This document shows, piece by piece, positions 1 through 10,714 of a stretch of 64,000 nt of DNA. The position numbers and the translations under genes were made by a program. The stretch is from Alphaproteobacteria bacterium (GTDB taxonomy: Bacteria; Pseudomonadota; Alphaproteobacteria; UBA828): positions 20,985 to 84,984 of the forward strand of contig SHWC01000001.1 of the NCBI GenBank assembly GCA_009691045.1. Reading direction: 5' to 3'. The notes below the pieces were generated by a model. That model saw only the letters and a program-made list of their open reading frames with translations, was not told the DNA's origin and ran no database searches. Within the stretch, counting starts at the first letter, position 1, and the number at the start of each line of letters is the position of its first letter.

Positions 1-1
1 C

Positions 2-757
2 GTGGTCGCCGATCTCGATCAGGTCGGCACGCGCGTTGTGCTCGCTAAGGGCGGCGATGGCGGCTTTGGCAATGCGCATTTCAAGACCTCGACCAATCGC
101 GCGCCGCGACGCGCCGACCTTGGCCACGAAGGCGCAGAGCGTTGGGTTTGGTTGCGGCTCAAATTGTTGGCCGATGTTGGTTTGATCGGCCTGCCCAATG
201 CCGGCAAGTCGACCATGCTGAGCCGCTTGACCGCGGCGCGGCCCAAGATCGCGTCCTATCCCTTCACCACGTTGAAGCCGCAACTCGGCGTCGCGCGACA
301 TGGCGATGATGAGTTTGTGGTCGCTGACATACCGGGCTTGATCGAAGGCGCTCATGAAGGCGCGGGGCTCGGCACGCGCTTTCTCGGTCATGTCGAGCGC
401 TGCGCGGTGCTGATCCATATGATCGATGGTACGGCCGCCAATCCGGCGGCGGATTATCGCATCGTGCGGGCGGAGCTCGAACAATATGGTCATGGGCTCG
501 CCGATAAGCCCGAGGTGGTGTGCCTCAACAAGATCGACGCGCTCGACAAGGCCGCGATCACGAAAGCCAAACGCGCGCTCAAAAAGGCCGTCGGCGCGCC
601 GATCTTCGCGATTTCCGCCGTGGCGGGCAAAGGCCTTGAGCCGACGATCGATGTCGCGCACGCTTATGTTCGTGAGGCGCGTGAGAAGCGCATCGCCGCA
701 CAAACCACTGTGACGCGCGCCGTTGAAACAACGGTGCTCGATAGCTGGGTACCATGA
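2..757 (+). CDS. obg: GTPase Obg/CgtA, C-terminal part (5' end lies outside the window)
   Basis: The ORF runs off the 5' edge. It has the OBG-type G-domain motifs GLPNAGKST (P-loop), DIPGLIEGA (G3) and LNKID (G4). It is followed by proB and proA, as in many Alphaproteobacteria. Confidence 0.9.
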   Translation: MVADLDQVGTRVVLAKGGDGGFGNAHFKTSTNRAPRRADLGHEGAERWVWLRLKLLADVGLIGLPNAGKSTMLSRLTAARPKIASYPFTTLKPQLGVARHGDDEFVVADIPGLIEGAHEGAGLGTRFLGHVERCAVLIHMIDGTAANPAADYRIVRAELEQYGHGLADKPEVVCLNKIDALDKAAITKAKRALKKAVGAPIFAISAVAGKGLEPTIDVAHAYVREAREKRIAAQTTVTRAVETTVLDSWVP

Positions 758-1875
758 CAACGCCGACGCTCGCGTCCGCACAGCGGGTCGTGATCAAGAT
801 CGGCTCGGCGCTGCTCGTCGAGCAGGAGTCGGGTGAGCTTCGTCATGCCTGGCTCGACGGACTGATCGCGGACGTCGCCATGCTCAAGGCGCGCCGCAAG
901 GACGTGCTGATCGTGTCATCGGGCGCGGTAGCGGTCGGGCGGCGGCTCTTAGGTCTTGGCGGTCGCGTGCTCAGGCTCGAAGAGAAACAAGCCGCCGCGG
1001 CATGCGGCCAGGTCAAACTCGCTCACGCCTATCAAGAGGCGCTGCACGGCCAGAAAATTACTGCGGCGCAAATTTTACTGACCTTCGACGACACGGAATC
1101 GCGCCGGCGTTATTTGAACGCGCGCAATACCATCACCACGCTGTTGGCGGCGGGGGCGGTGCCGGTGATCAACGAAAACGACACGGTCGCCACGCAAGAA
1201 ATCCGTTTCGGCGACAATGATCGGCTGGCCGCGCGCGTCGCGGGCATGATGTCGGCGGACGTGTTGGTGTTGCTCTCCGATGTCGATGGTCTTTACACGG
1301 CTGATCCGAGTGTGAACCCGACCGCGCAATGGTTGCCGCGTGTCGAAGGCCTGACGCCCGAGATCGAGGCGATGGCCGGCAAGAGCCGCTCGAGCGATGC
1401 CTCGGGCGGCATGGTCACCAAACTCGCCGCGGCGCGCCTCGCGCTTGGCGCCGGGTGTCACATGGTGATCGCGAAAGGCGCGGTCGAGCGGCCCTTGAGC
1501 GCGATCGAGGCGGGCGCGCGCTGCACCTGGTTCATCGCCGGCGCCTCGCCCCTCGCGGCGCGCAAGCAATGGATCGCCAACGCGCTGAAGCCGAGCGGCG
1601 CCTTGGTCATCGATGATGGCGCGGTCGCGGCACTGAAGCGCGGGCGAAGCTTGCTGCCGGCCGGCGTGAAGGACATCGAAGGCGAGTTCCAGCGCGGCGA
1701 TGCGGTTTCGGTCAAGACGCCCAATGGTACCGAGGCGGCGCGCGGCCTGGTCGCCTATTCGGCCAAGGAGGCGCGGCGCATCGTTGGGCACAAGACCGGT
1801 GAAATCGAGCTCATTCTGGGCTATCGTGGGCGTGACGAAATGATCCACCGCGACGATCTGGTGCTGTTCGAATGA
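754..1875 (+). CDS. proB: glutamate 5-kinase
   Basis: 373-aa ORF with amino-acid-kinase fold signatures ([17 protein letters not shown]) and a C-terminal PUA-like region. Its start overlaps the obg stop as ATGA, and proA lies directly downstream. Confidence 0.9.
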   Translation: MTTPTLASAQRVVIKIGSALLVEQESGELRHAWLDGLIADVAMLKARRKDVLIVSSGAVAVGRRLLGLGGRVLRLEEKQAAAACGQVKLAHAYQEALHGQKITAAQILLTFDDTESRRRYLNARNTITTLLAAGAVPVINENDTVATQEIRFGDNDRLAARVAGMMSADVLVLLSDVDGLYTADPSVNPTAQWLPRVEGLTPEIEAMAGKSRSSDASGGMVTKLAAARLALGAGCHMVIAKGAVERPLSAIEAGARCTWFIAGASPLAARKQWIANALKPSGALVIDDGAVAALKRGRSLLPAGVKDIEGEFQRGDAVSVKTPNGTEAARGLVAYSAKEARRIVGHKTGEIELILGYRGRDEMIHRDDLVLFE

Positions 1876-3164
1876 ACGCGCCTGGCGCATCGAGCGAAAC
1901 CGTAGCAAGCAGCCAATTGGTCGCCGCGATGGCGGCGCTTGGCCGGCAGGCACGCGCGGCGGCGCATGAATTGGCCCGCGCGCGCGGCGAGACGAAACGG
2001 GCCGCGCTCAAGGCGGCGGCCGGGTCGCTCAGGGCGCAGGCCGGCCAGATCATCGAGGCCAATCAGCGCGACATCGCGGCGGCCAAGGCGGCCAATCTCG
2101 GTGCCGCGCTGCTTGACCGCTTGATGCTGGATCAAAAGCGGCTCGATGCCACGATCGACGGTATTGAAAACGTTGCGGCGCTGGCCGATCCGATTGGGCA
2201 TGTGTTGGCGTCGTGGACACGGCCGAACGGTCTTCGCATCGAGCGGGTCGCGGTGCCGATCGGCGTGATCGGAATCATCTACGAGGCGCGCCCCAATGTG
2301 ACAGCGGATGCCGGCGCGCTCTGCGTGATGTCGGGCAATGCGGCGATCCTGCGCGGCGGGTCGGATAGCTTCGAATCCTCCAAGGCGATCGTGGCGGCGT
2401 TCGGCGATGGGCTTGAGAAAGCCGGTCTGCCGCGCGCGGCGGTGCAACTCGTACCGACCGTCGAGCGCGCCGCGGTTGGTCTATTGCTGCGCATGGAGAA
2501 GGACGTCGATCTGATCGTGCCGCGCGGCGGGCGTTCGTTGATCGAACGCGTGCAGACCGAAAGCCGCATTCCGGTTCTCGCGCATCTCGATGGGCTTTGT
2601 CATGTCTATGTCCATCAGGCGGCCGAGCGCGAGATGGCGAAGGCGATTCTGTTCAACTCGAAAATGCGTCGCACGGGCGTGTGCAATGCGGCCGAGACGT
2701 TGCTGGTCGATCGCGCCATGTTGCCGGCATTGGCCGGCCTATTGGCGCCATTGTTCGAGGCCGGCTGCGAGGTGCGCGGCGATGAGATGGTGCGCGCGAT
2801 CGACCCCCGCATCAAGGCCGTGGTCGAGGCGGACTGGGAGACCGAATATCTCGATGCCATCATCGCGGTGAAAATCGTTGCCGGGTTGGATGAGGCGATC
2901 GCTCATATCAACCGGCATGGCTCGCACCATACCGATACCATCGTGACCGAGGACGAAGCGGCGGCGGCGCGCTTTCTCGACGAGATCGATTCCGGTGTCG
3001 TTCTGCACAACGCCTCGACCCAGTTCAATGATGGGGCGCAATTCGGCATGGGCGCCGAAATCGGCATTTCGACGAGCAAATTGCACGCGCGCGGCCCGGT
3101 CGGTGTCGAGCAACTGACGACCTATAAATATAAGGTCCATGGTCGGGGGCAATTGAGGCCGTGA
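1872..3164 (+). CDS. proA: gamma-glutamyl phosphate reductase
   Basis: 430-aa ORF of the aldehyde-dehydrogenase-like family, with the catalytic Cys context RRTGVCNAAETLLV. ATGA overlap with proB. Confidence 0.9.
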   Translation: MNAPGASSETVASSQLVAAMAALGRQARAAAHELARARGETKRAALKAAAGSLRAQAGQIIEANQRDIAAAKAANLGAALLDRLMLDQKRLDATIDGIENVAALADPIGHVLASWTRPNGLRIERVAVPIGVIGIIYEARPNVTADAGALCVMSGNAAILRGGSDSFESSKAIVAAFGDGLEKAGLPRAAVQLVPTVERAAVGLLLRMEKDVDLIVPRGGRSLIERVQTESRIPVLAHLDGLCHVYVHQAAEREMAKAILFNSKMRRTGVCNAAETLLVDRAMLPALAGLLAPLFEAGCEVRGDEMVRAIDPRIKAVVEADWETEYLDAIIAVKIVAGLDEAIAHINRHGSHHTDTIVTEDEAAAARFLDEIDSGVVLHNASTQFNDGAQFGMGAEIGISTSKLHARGPVGVEQLTTYKYKVHGRGQLRP

Positions 3165-3168
3165 GCTC

Positions 3169-3837
3169 TTGAGGCCAAGGCAGCGGCCCCGCTACCAGCC
3201 GATCCGGCTTTCCGCCGCGCCGGCCGATCGCCCTGAGGCGCCCCACCGGCGCCGGACAAGGCGTATCGGCCTCTTTGGCGGCTCATTTAACCCGGCCCAT
3301 GACGGTCATGTGCAGCTCAGCCTGAGCGCGCTCAAAGCCCTGAAACTCGACGAGATTTGGTGGTTGGTTTCACCCCAAAACCCTCTAAAGGAGCGGGCCG
3401 ATATGGCGCCCTTCGAGGCACGCGTGGCGGGGGCACGCGAATTGGTCAAGGATCGTCGGATCAAGGTGAGCACGCTCGAGGCCGAGCGGGGGTTGATCTT
3501 CACTGCCGATACGGTGCGCTATTTGAAGCGTCGCTATAAAGGGGTTCACTTTGTCTGGCTCATGGGGGCCGACAATTTGCCCCAATTCGCGCGTTGGCGC
3601 CGTTGGGCCGAGATTTACCGTGCGCTACCGGTTGCGATCTTCGACCGGCGTCCCTATGCTCCCAAAGTGCATGCCGCCGTTCCCAGCCTTCGTTTTGCGC
3701 GCCATCAATTGCCCGAGCGCCTATCGCGGCGCCTCGCCGCTTTGACGCCGCCGGTTTGGAGCTTCTTGCACGGTCGCCTGCATGGCGCGTCCGCCACCGC
3801 GATTCGAGCCGCCCAAATGGCGAAGAAGCAGCGTTGA
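3169..3837 (+). CDS. nadD: nicotinate-nucleotide adenylyltransferase
   Basis: Contains the nucleotidyltransferase (H/T)xGH motif in GGSFNPAHDGH and sits in the conserved proA-nadD-rsfS-rlmH context. The start (TTG at 3169) is uncertain and could lie further downstream. Confidence 0.8.
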   Translation: MRPRQRPRYQPIRLSAAPADRPEAPHRRRTRRIGLFGGSFNPAHDGHVQLSLSALKALKLDEIWWLVSPQNPLKERADMAPFEARVAGARELVKDRRIKVSTLEAERGLIFTADTVRYLKRRYKGVHFVWLMGADNLPQFARWRRWAEIYRALPVAIFDRRPYAPKVHAAVPSLRFARHQLPERLSRRLAALTPPVWSFLHGRLHGASATAIRAAQMAKKQR

Positions 3838-3839
3838 GC

Positions 3840-4265
3840 ATGGCGAAGCCGAGCGTCGCGCGCACCCGAACCAAAGCGGCCGCAAAAAAGACCTCGTCGG
3901 ACGGTCTTTCACCCCAGAAACTTAAAACCCTGATCGAGCACACGCTCGATGACGCCAAGGCCGAGGACATTGTAACGGTCGAGCTGATTGGGAAATCGAG
4001 TGTCGCCGACTATATGATCGTGGCGTCAGGGCAGAGCCATCGTCAGATCGCGGGTTTGGCCGAGCGCGTCTCAGAGGCTCTCAAGCAGGCCGGTCAGCGC
4101 GTGTTGTCGATCGAAGGGCTGAAGGCCTCCGACTGGGTTTTGGTCGATGCGGGCGACGTGATCGTCCACCTGTTCCGACCCGAGGTGCGCGCGTTTTATG
4201 CGCTCGAAAAAATGTGGTCGACCGACCTTGCCCCGCGCCGCGCCAAGCGCGAACCAAGCGCCTGA
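3840..4265 (+). CDS. rsfS: ribosomal silencing factor RsfS (iojap family)
   Basis: RsfS-like core: DYMIVASGQSHRQIAGLAERV ... WVLVDAGDVIVHLFRPEVRAFYALEKMW. I chose ATG 3840 inside the longer ORF 3594..4265, because the upstream part of that ORF overlaps nadD out of frame. Confidence 0.85.
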   Translation: MAKPSVARTRTKAAAKKTSSDGLSPQKLKTLIEHTLDDAKAEDIVTVELIGKSSVADYMIVASGQSHRQIAGLAERVSEALKQAGQRVLSIEGLKASDWVLVDAGDVIVHLFRPEVRAFYALEKMWSTDLAPRRAKREPSA

Positions 4266-4276
4266 TCGGGTTGCCC

Positions 4277-4735
4277 GTGCGGATCGTTATCGCCAGTGTT
4301 GGCCTCGCGCGCGGCTCCCCCTACCAGGCCATCTATGACGAGTATGTGCGCCGCCTGAGCTGGTCCGTCGAGCTCAGGGAAGTCAAATTGAAGAATCCGC
4401 TGCCGCCGGCCGCCGCGCGCGTCGAGGAGGGCAAGGCGATCCTCAACGCCTTTCCAAAAGACTGCCAGGTCGTCGCGCTCGACCGCATTGGCGAGGCCTT
4501 GGGTAGCGAGGCGCTGGCGCTTTGCCTACGTCATTGGCAAGACGGCGGCGTCAAAGTTGTCGGCTTCGCAATCGGCGGCGCCGAAGGGCTAGATGCCGCG
4601 GTGTTGCAGTCCTGCCAGCTCCGGCTTTCGCTGGGCGCCATGACCTGGCCGCATCTCTTGGCGCGCGTCATGTTGATCGAGCAGCTCTATCGCGCCCACT
4701 CGATCATCGCCGGGCACCCCTATCACCGGGAATAG
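4277..4735 (+). CDS. rlmH: 23S rRNA (pseudouridine1915-N3)-methyltransferase RlmH
   Basis: SPOUT methyltransferase of RlmH size, with the C-terminal EQLYRAHSIIAGHPYHRE. I chose GTG 4277 (VRIVIASVG...) inside ORF 4214..4735. The gene ends in TAG. Confidence 0.85.
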   Translation: MRIVIASVGLARGSPYQAIYDEYVRRLSWSVELREVKLKNPLPPAAARVEEGKAILNAFPKDCQVVALDRIGEALGSEALALCLRHWQDGGVKVVGFAIGGAEGLDAAVLQSCQLRLSLGAMTWPHLLARVMLIEQLYRAHSIIAGHPYHRE

Positions 4736-4781
4736 GGAGCTTTTATTGGCAATTTGCGACCTTTCCGCTAGATAAAGCGGC

Positions 4782-6368
4782 ATGAATAGCCCGAGTCGCC
4801 CGCGCCCCGTCGTGCTCTGCGTGCTCGATGGTTGGGGCGAGGCTGAACCCACCCCCGATAACGCCATCGCGCATGCGCGCACGCCCAATTTCGATGCCAT
4901 GCGCGCGACCTTTCCGCATGCGCTGTTGGATACGTCGGGCGCAGCCGTCGGTCTGCCCGATGGGCAGATGGGGAATTCCGAGGTCGGCCACATGAACATC
5001 GGGGCCGGCCGGGTTGTGATGCAGGATCTGCCACGTATTGATCACGCGGTCGCGGATGGTTCGCTGGCCCGTAATCCGCTGTTGCTCGACATGATCGCGA
5101 CCCTGAAACGAAGCCGCGGCGTTTGCCATTTGCTGGGGTTGATTTCGCCAGGTGGCGTTCATTCGCATCAGAGCCATATCGCGGCGCTGGCCCGTGCGGT
5201 GGCCAATGCGGGTGTGCCGGTGATCGTGCATGGCTTTCTCGATGGTCGCGACACGCCGCCGCGCTCGGCCCTCGACTATATGGCGGCGTTCGAGCGCGAC
5301 ATCGCGGGCACGGCGCCCATTTCGATCGGCACGATCGGCGGGCGCTATTACGTGATGGACCGCGATAAACGCTGGGAGCGCGTCGAGCGTGCTTATGCGG
5401 CGTTGGCCGAGGCCAAGGCGCCTGTCTTCGCGACACCGCAGGCCGCGATCGAGGCGAGCTATCGCGCCAATGTCGGCGATGAGTTCGTCGAGCCCTGTGT
5501 GATCGCGACCTATGCCGGCATGAACGACGGCGATGGTTTGTTGATGGCGAATTTTCGGGCCGATCGCGTGCGCCAAATTCTTGCCGCGCTGCTTGAGCCG
5601 GATTTCGATGGCTTTGAGCGCGCACGCACGATCGGCTTCGCCGGTGCGCTGGGCATGAGCACCTATTCAGACGCGCTATCAAATCAAATGGGCACGCTGT
5701 TTCCGACCGCCGCATTGAATCGAACATTGGGCGATCTGATCGCCGCGCACGGTCTCACGCAGCTCAGACTCGCCGAAACGGAGAAATACGCGCACGTCAC
5801 GTTTTTCTTCAATGGCGGCGAGGAGCGGGTCTTTCCCGGCGAAGAGCGCATCATGGTGCCTTCGCCCAGAGTGGCGACCTATGACCTCAAGCCTGAAATG
5901 TCGGCGCCTGAGGTGACGGACCGGTTGGTCGAGGCGATCGGCTCGGGCCGTTTTGATTTTATCGTGGTCAATTACGCCAATACCGACATGGTTGGTCATA
6001 CCGGCGATTTGAAGGCGGCGATCAGGGCCGTCGAGGCGGTTGACCAATGCCTTGGACGCGTGCGACGCGCGGTTGAAGCGGCCGGCGGCCTATTGCTGAT
6101 TACCGCCGATCACGGCAATGCCGAGCGGATGACCGACGCCGATAGCCATGAGCCACATACCGCGCACACGTCGAATCTGGTGCCGGTCATGCTCATCGGC
6201 GCGGTCGCTCGCACGCTAAGGCTGCATGACGGCCGGCTGGCCGATGTCGCGCCCACGCTGCTCGATGTGATGGGGCTCAAGGCACCACCCGAAATGACCG
6301 GCCATAGTTTGATCGATCGCGGCACCGCCGACATCGACCGGCGGTTTCGAGAATCAGTTGGCGCCTAA
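4782..6368 (+). CDS. gpmI: 2,3-bisphosphoglycerate-independent phosphoglycerate mutase
   Basis: 528-aa ORF with the iPGM signatures LDGWG, SEVGHMNIGAGR and ITADHGNAE. Confidence 0.92.
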   Translation: MNSPSRPRPVVLCVLDGWGEAEPTPDNAIAHARTPNFDAMRATFPHALLDTSGAAVGLPDGQMGNSEVGHMNIGAGRVVMQDLPRIDHAVADGSLARNPLLLDMIATLKRSRGVCHLLGLISPGGVHSHQSHIAALARAVANAGVPVIVHGFLDGRDTPPRSALDYMAAFERDIAGTAPISIGTIGGRYYVMDRDKRWERVERAYAALAEAKAPVFATPQAAIEASYRANVGDEFVEPCVIATYAGMNDGDGLLMANFRADRVRQILAALLEPDFDGFERARTIGFAGALGMSTYSDALSNQMGTLFPTAALNRTLGDLIAAHGLTQLRLAETEKYAHVTFFFNGGEERVFPGEERIMVPSPRVATYDLKPEMSAPEVTDRLVEAIGSGRFDFIVVNYANTDMVGHTGDLKAAIRAVEAVDQCLGRVRRAVEAAGGLLLITADHGNAERMTDADSHEPHTAHTSNLVPVMLIGAVARTLRLHDGRLADVAPTLLDVMGLKAPPEMTGHSLIDRGTADIDRRFRESVGA

Positions 6369-6390
6369 TCCACAAAGTGCGCGGCGCACC

Positions 6391-7614
6391 ATGGCGCGCA
6401 TCGCGCTCGTGGCGTCGCTGGCGGTCGTAGGGGCGGTGTCATTGGCCTTGGGTGAAGACGAGGCGCCCGATTTGGAGTCGATCGCGAGCGATTTGAAAGC
6501 GCACCAAGCGGACATCGATAAAGGGCTTGAAGAGGCCGCCGAACTTGTCGCGAAGGAGGAGGCCTACCACACCGAGGTCGATGCGCTGCGCCGGCAGACG
6601 ATTGAAATCGCCGCCAAGATGCAGACGCTTGAGCGTGGCATGGAGGATATCGAGACTCGTGTGGCCGCGTTGACGGTCGAGGTCTCGACACAAAAAGCAG
6701 CGCTTGATGCCGGCCGGCCGGCGCGCGCCGGCACCATCGGCGCCATGTTGCGCTTGAGCCGGCAGCCACCGAAGGCGCTGTTGTTGGCGCCGAATTCAGC
6801 GGTCGATGCGACGCGGAGTGCGCTTCTCCTGGCTTCGGTGTCGCGTGGTTTGGAGACCAGCGCGAATTTGCAGAAGCGACGCCTAGAGGAATATGTCGAT
6901 CGCCAAAGCGAGCTGGCCGATGAGCGGGCTCGGTTGAGCCTCATGACGCTCGATCTGGCCGAAAAGCGCACCGCGCTTGCCTCTATGATGGACGAAAAGG
7001 CCGAGCGCGAGCGTGGCGCCGCCGCCGAGCGCGCGGCGAGCGAGGCGCGTGTCGCGGCGCTGGTGGGCCAAGCGCGCAATCTCGAAGAGTTGATCCAGCG
7101 GCTTGAAGCCGATGCGTCCGGCCGTCCTCTGCCACCGCCAGAGCGGCCCGCGCAAACCGAAATTCGCACGAGTTCGATCGACCAAGAGGCCATGCGGGCC
7201 TCCGAGTCGCCACGCGAAGGGGCGTTCGCCATTCCGGTTGAAGGCACCATTGTGCGCGAATTCGGTGCGCCGACCGCGCCGGGTGTCACCGCCAAAGGCT
7301 TGTCGATCTCGGCGCGGCCAGGCGGGCCGGTGGTCGCGCCCTTCGCCGGTGAGATCGTTTTCGCTGGGCCATTCCGCGATTTTGGGCGGCTCTTGATCAT
7401 CGCGCATGGCGAGGGGTATCATACGCTTTTAGCCGGTCTGGGCCGGATCGACACGGCGGTTGGCCGCTGGGTTTTGGCTGGCGAGCCGATTGGGACGATG
7501 ACCTCTTCCCCAGAGACACGACCGCAGCTCTATGTGGAGCTGCGTCACAAAGGACGGCCAGTTAATCCAATTCCTTGGCTGGCTGCCGGCCCCATCAATT
7601 CGAGTGGATCATGA
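6391..7614 (+). CDS. envC: murein hydrolase activator EnvC-like protein (coiled coil plus LytM/M23 domain)
   Basis: Signal-peptide-like N-terminus (MARIALVASLAVVGAVSLALG), a long Ala/Glu/Arg-rich coiled-coil half, and a C-terminal M23/LytM domain (GEGYHTLLAGL...QLYVELRHKGRPVNP). It sits in a gpmI-envC-ctpA-yibQ context. ATG 6391 is preferred over TTG 6358. Confidence 0.78.
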   Translation: MARIALVASLAVVGAVSLALGEDEAPDLESIASDLKAHQADIDKGLEEAAELVAKEEAYHTEVDALRRQTIEIAAKMQTLERGMEDIETRVAALTVEVSTQKAALDAGRPARAGTIGAMLRLSRQPPKALLLAPNSAVDATRSALLLASVSRGLETSANLQKRRLEEYVDRQSELADERARLSLMTLDLAEKRTALASMMDEKAERERGAAAERAASEARVAALVGQARNLEELIQRLEADASGRPLPPPERPAQTEIRTSSIDQEAMRASESPREGAFAIPVEGTIVREFGAPTAPGVTAKGLSISARPGGPVVAPFAGEIVFAGPFRDFGRLLIIAHGEGYHTLLAGLGRIDTAVGRWVLAGEPIGTMTSSPETRPQLYVELRHKGRPVNPIPWLAAGPINSSGS

Positions 7615-9008
7615 TGCGCAAGCGGTTTATTGCCGGTGTGGTCGGCGTTGCATGTCTTTTGGCACCCGCCGTCGGTTTCGCGGCGAGTGCGGAGACCTAT
7701 CGCCAGCTCGGTCTGTTTGGCGATGTGTTCGAACGGGTGCGCACCGACTATGTCGAAGAGGTCAATGATGCGGACCTGATCGAAAACGCGATCAATGGCA
7801 TGTTGACCGCGCTCGATCCGCACTCGCGCTTCCTCAACGCGAAGAACTTCCAGGAGATGCAAGTCCAGACCAAAGGCGAGTTCGGTGGCCTTGGCATCGA
7901 AGTCACTATGGAAAATGGTTTGGTCAAGGTGATCTCGCCAATCGATGACACGCCGGCGTCGCGCGCGGGCGTCCAGTCGGGCGATCTGATCACGCTTATC
8001 GATGGCGAAGCCGTGCAGGGGCTCAATCTCGAACAAGCGGTCGAGCGCATGCGCGGCCCGGTCGATTCGACCATATTGATCACGATCCAACGCGCCGGTG
8101 TCGAACAGCCGATCGAATTAAAAATCACGCGCGCCGTCATCAAGGTGCGCTCGGTGCGCGCGCGCCTCGAGGGCGATGATATCGCCTATGTCCGGATCAC
8201 CTCGTTCACCGAACGCACGTCGGACGATCTGGAAAGAAGCCTGAAGGAATTGCTCGACAAACAAGGCGACAAGATCAAGGGCGTGGTACTCGATTTGCGT
8301 AACAATCCGGGTGGGCTTTTGGATCAGGCGGTTCAGGTCTCGGACGATTTTCTGGATAAGGGCGAGGTGGTTTCGACGCGCGGTCGCCGGCCCGACAGCA
8401 TTCAGCGTTTCAATGCGCGCAAAGGCGATATCGCCGCCAATCGGCCGATGGTGGTGCTGATCAATAGCGGTTCGGCCTCGGCGTCGGAGATCGTCGCGGG
8501 CGCGCTGCAAGATCATCGTCGCGCGGTGCTCCTGGGAACGCGGTCGTTCGGCAAGGGCTCGGTGCAGACCATCATTCCGCTCGGTGGGCAGGGCGCCATT
8601 CGACTGACCACGGCGCGCTATTACACGCCCTCCGGCCGCTCGATTCAGGCCAAGGGCATCGATCCCGATATTCTGGTGGAGCAGGCCAAGATCGACCGTG
8701 CCGCGAGCGGTCAGCCGCGTAGCGAAGCCGAGCTTCGCGGGCATTTGGAAAATCCCGACGACAAGAACGCCGGCAAGCCCGCGACGGGCGCCGCTCAGCC
8801 TGAGCCGAAAGCGGAGCCGAAGGCAGAGCCAAAGCCCGATCAGACCACGGTGCCTGATCCGACGGCCAAGCCCGAGGCCAAGCCCGATGGGGCGGCCCCG
8901 GCCGTGACCGCCGATGGCAAAGAGCCAGAGGACTACCAATTGACGCGGGCACTTGATCTCTTGCGCGGCTGGCGGCTGTTGTCCGAAAAGCCGGTCGCGG
9001 TGAACTGA
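7611..9008 (+). CDS. ctpA: carboxy-terminal processing protease (S41 family)
   Basis: Signal peptide, PDZ region, and S41 catalytic contexts NSGSASASEI (Ser) and SFGKGSVQT (Lys). ATG 7611 overlaps the envC stop as ATGA. The C-terminus is a low-complexity tail (AEPKAEPKAEPKPD). Confidence 0.88.
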   Translation: MMRKRFIAGVVGVACLLAPAVGFAASAETYRQLGLFGDVFERVRTDYVEEVNDADLIENAINGMLTALDPHSRFLNAKNFQEMQVQTKGEFGGLGIEVTMENGLVKVISPIDDTPASRAGVQSGDLITLIDGEAVQGLNLEQAVERMRGPVDSTILITIQRAGVEQPIELKITRAVIKVRSVRARLEGDDIAYVRITSFTERTSDDLERSLKELLDKQGDKIKGVVLDLRNNPGGLLDQAVQVSDDFLDKGEVVSTRGRRPDSIQRFNARKGDIAANRPMVVLINSGSASASEIVAGALQDHRRAVLLGTRSFGKGSVQTIIPLGGQGAIRLTTARYYTPSGRSIQAKGIDPDILVEQAKIDRAASGQPRSEAELRGHLENPDDKNAGKPATGAAQPEPKAEPKAEPKPDQTTVPDPTAKPEAKPDGAAPAVTADGKEPEDYQLTRALDLLRGWRLLSEKPVAVN

Positions 9009-9054
9009 GAGCTGTCTAGGCTCGGCTCATGCGGCTGACCGGGCGAACAACCGG

Positions 9055-10197
9055 ATGAGGGCGGACCCGAGCCGGCGCCGCGCGGCCGTGTTCTCGCCGG
9101 CGCGGCGATTTGGCGGTATGCGCCCGCCGATCATTGGCGCGCTCGTTGTGGTGATTGCGCTCATCGGGCTTTTCATTTGGCTGGCACTCGCTGATTCGAG
9201 CGACCGTCCCGCAGAGGGCGATGACGGTACACGGGTTCATTTGTCACTTAAGAATGAAGAACCGCCGAGCGACGTGAGTGAGGCGCCACCGTCCGAAGGG
9301 CGGATGCCCGAAGGGTCGGGCGCTACCGAGACGGCGGGGCAGGCGGTTGGTAATGTGACCGAGGCCGTCGTCAAGGCGCCGATCGTCGTTGGGCCGCCGC
9401 TTGCGAGCGTCGATCCGGCCTTGCTGCAACCGTCGAGCCAAGGGCCATTGCCAATTATCGGGGCGGACGATCGGCGACCCTGGCAGGTCTATGCCAAGCC
9501 GTTTCAGGGCGGCGAGGGCACGCCGCGGCTGGCCATTGTCATTGCCGAGCTCGGCTTCAACCGCGAGACCACGGAAGCGGCGATGCGCTTGCCGGCCGAG
9601 GTGACGCTGTCATTTTCGCCCTATGCCCCCAATGTCGCCGACCTCGTTGCCCAGACGCGTCAGGCGGGCCACGAGGTGATGCTCGATTTGCCGATGGAGC
9701 CGACCACCTATCCGGCCGATGACCCGGGGCCTGAGACGCTGTTGGTCGCCTCAAGCGCGGTCGAGAATGTGCAGCGGTTGGAAAAGGTGCTCGGTCGGGC
9801 GCAGGGCTATGTTGGCGTGATCAGCTATATGGGATCGAAATTCACCACCGCGCCTGATTCATTGCGTCCCGTGCTTGGCATGCTCGCCGAACGCGGCGTG
9901 TTATTCGTCGACGGCAAGACCAGCGCGACCAGCATCGCCGCCACCATTGCCGAACAACTCAGGCTGCCACGCGCGTTGAACGACCGCTTTGTCGACAATG
10001 AGGCGACGCGCCTTTCGATCGATGAAGGTCTCGCCGCGCTCGAGAGCGATGCGCTCCGCGCCGGCACGGCGCTCGGTGTCGGGCGTCCCTACCCGGTCAC
10101 TTTGCAACGCCTGGCGGATTGGTTGCCGACACTCGTGGCCCGCGGCATTGCGCTCGCGCCGGTAAGCGCGGTGGTCGACCGGCAAAAAACCCGATAA
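9055..10197 (+). CDS. divergent polysaccharide deacetylase family protein (YibQ-like)
   Basis: 380-aa ORF with an N-terminal transmembrane segment (IIGALVVVIALIGLFIWLAL) and a C-terminal region typical of YibQ-like proteins. It occupies the conserved position after envC/ctpA. An alternative start is ATG 9118. Confidence 0.7.
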   Translation: MRADPSRRRAAVFSPARRFGGMRPPIIGALVVVIALIGLFIWLALADSSDRPAEGDDGTRVHLSLKNEEPPSDVSEAPPSEGRMPEGSGATETAGQAVGNVTEAVVKAPIVVGPPLASVDPALLQPSSQGPLPIIGADDRRPWQVYAKPFQGGEGTPRLAIVIAELGFNRETTEAAMRLPAEVTLSFSPYAPNVADLVAQTRQAGHEVMLDLPMEPTTYPADDPGPETLLVASSAVENVQRLEKVLGRAQGYVGVISYMGSKFTTAPDSLRPVLGMLAERGVLFVDGKTSATSIAATIAEQLRLPRALNDRFVDNEATRLSIDEGLAALESDALRAGTALGVGRPYPVTLQRLADWLPTLVARGIALAPVSAVVDRQKTR

Positions 10198-10709
10198 TGC
10201 GCAAACCCACCACATCGAAACCCTGGATCGAACCAGCGCGCCGCCCTTATCGACAGGGCGTCGGCATCATGGTGATCAATGGCGAGCGGCGCATTTTCGC
10301 GGGCCAGCGCCTCGACCGTTTTCTCGAGGCCTGGCAAATGCCGCAGGGCGGCATCGATGACGGCGAGGCGCCGCTCGAGGCGGCGTTGCGCGAGCTTGAA
10401 GAGGAAACCGGCATCGGCCGAGGGCTGGTCGATGTGTTGGCCGAGAGCCGCGATTGGCTGAGCTATGATCTGCCGGCCGATCTTGTGGATTCGGCCTGGA
10501 AAGGGCGCTATCGGGGCCAACGTCAAAAATGGTTCGCGGTGCGCTTTTTGGGTCGCGATTCAGTCGTCAATCTGGTCACGCCGCATCAGGAATTCGGCAC
10601 CTGGCGGTGGACCTCGCCGGCGGAGCTCATGGCCTCGATCGTCGATTTCAAGCGGCCGCTCTATGAGCTGGTGCTGCAAGAATTCGCGTCCCACCTGGAC
10701 GAGCAGTGA
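10197..10709 (+). CDS. rppH: RNA pyrophosphohydrolase (Nudix)
   Basis: Nudix box GGIDDGEAPLEAALRELEEETGI and RppH-like length. ATG 10197 overlaps the upstream stop as TAATG. Confidence 0.85.
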   Translation: MRKPTTSKPWIEPARRPYRQGVGIMVINGERRIFAGQRLDRFLEAWQMPQGGIDDGEAPLEAALRELEEETGIGRGLVDVLAESRDWLSYDLPADLVDSAWKGRYRGQRQKWFAVRFLGRDSVVNLVTPHQEFGTWRWTSPAELMASIVDFKRPLYELVLQEFASHLDEQ

Positions 10710-10714
10710 GCGGA

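Noticed and set aside
3594-3839. N-terminal extensions of several ORF-track entries: 3594..4265, 4214..4735, 34544..35167, 41610..42134, 10119..10709, 11273..12199, 58330..60066 and 54236..56251.
   Set aside because: The extensions overlap the preceding gene out of frame, are Arg/Pro-rich and are absent from the recognisable protein core. Internal ATG or GTG starts with family-typical N-termini were chosen instead.
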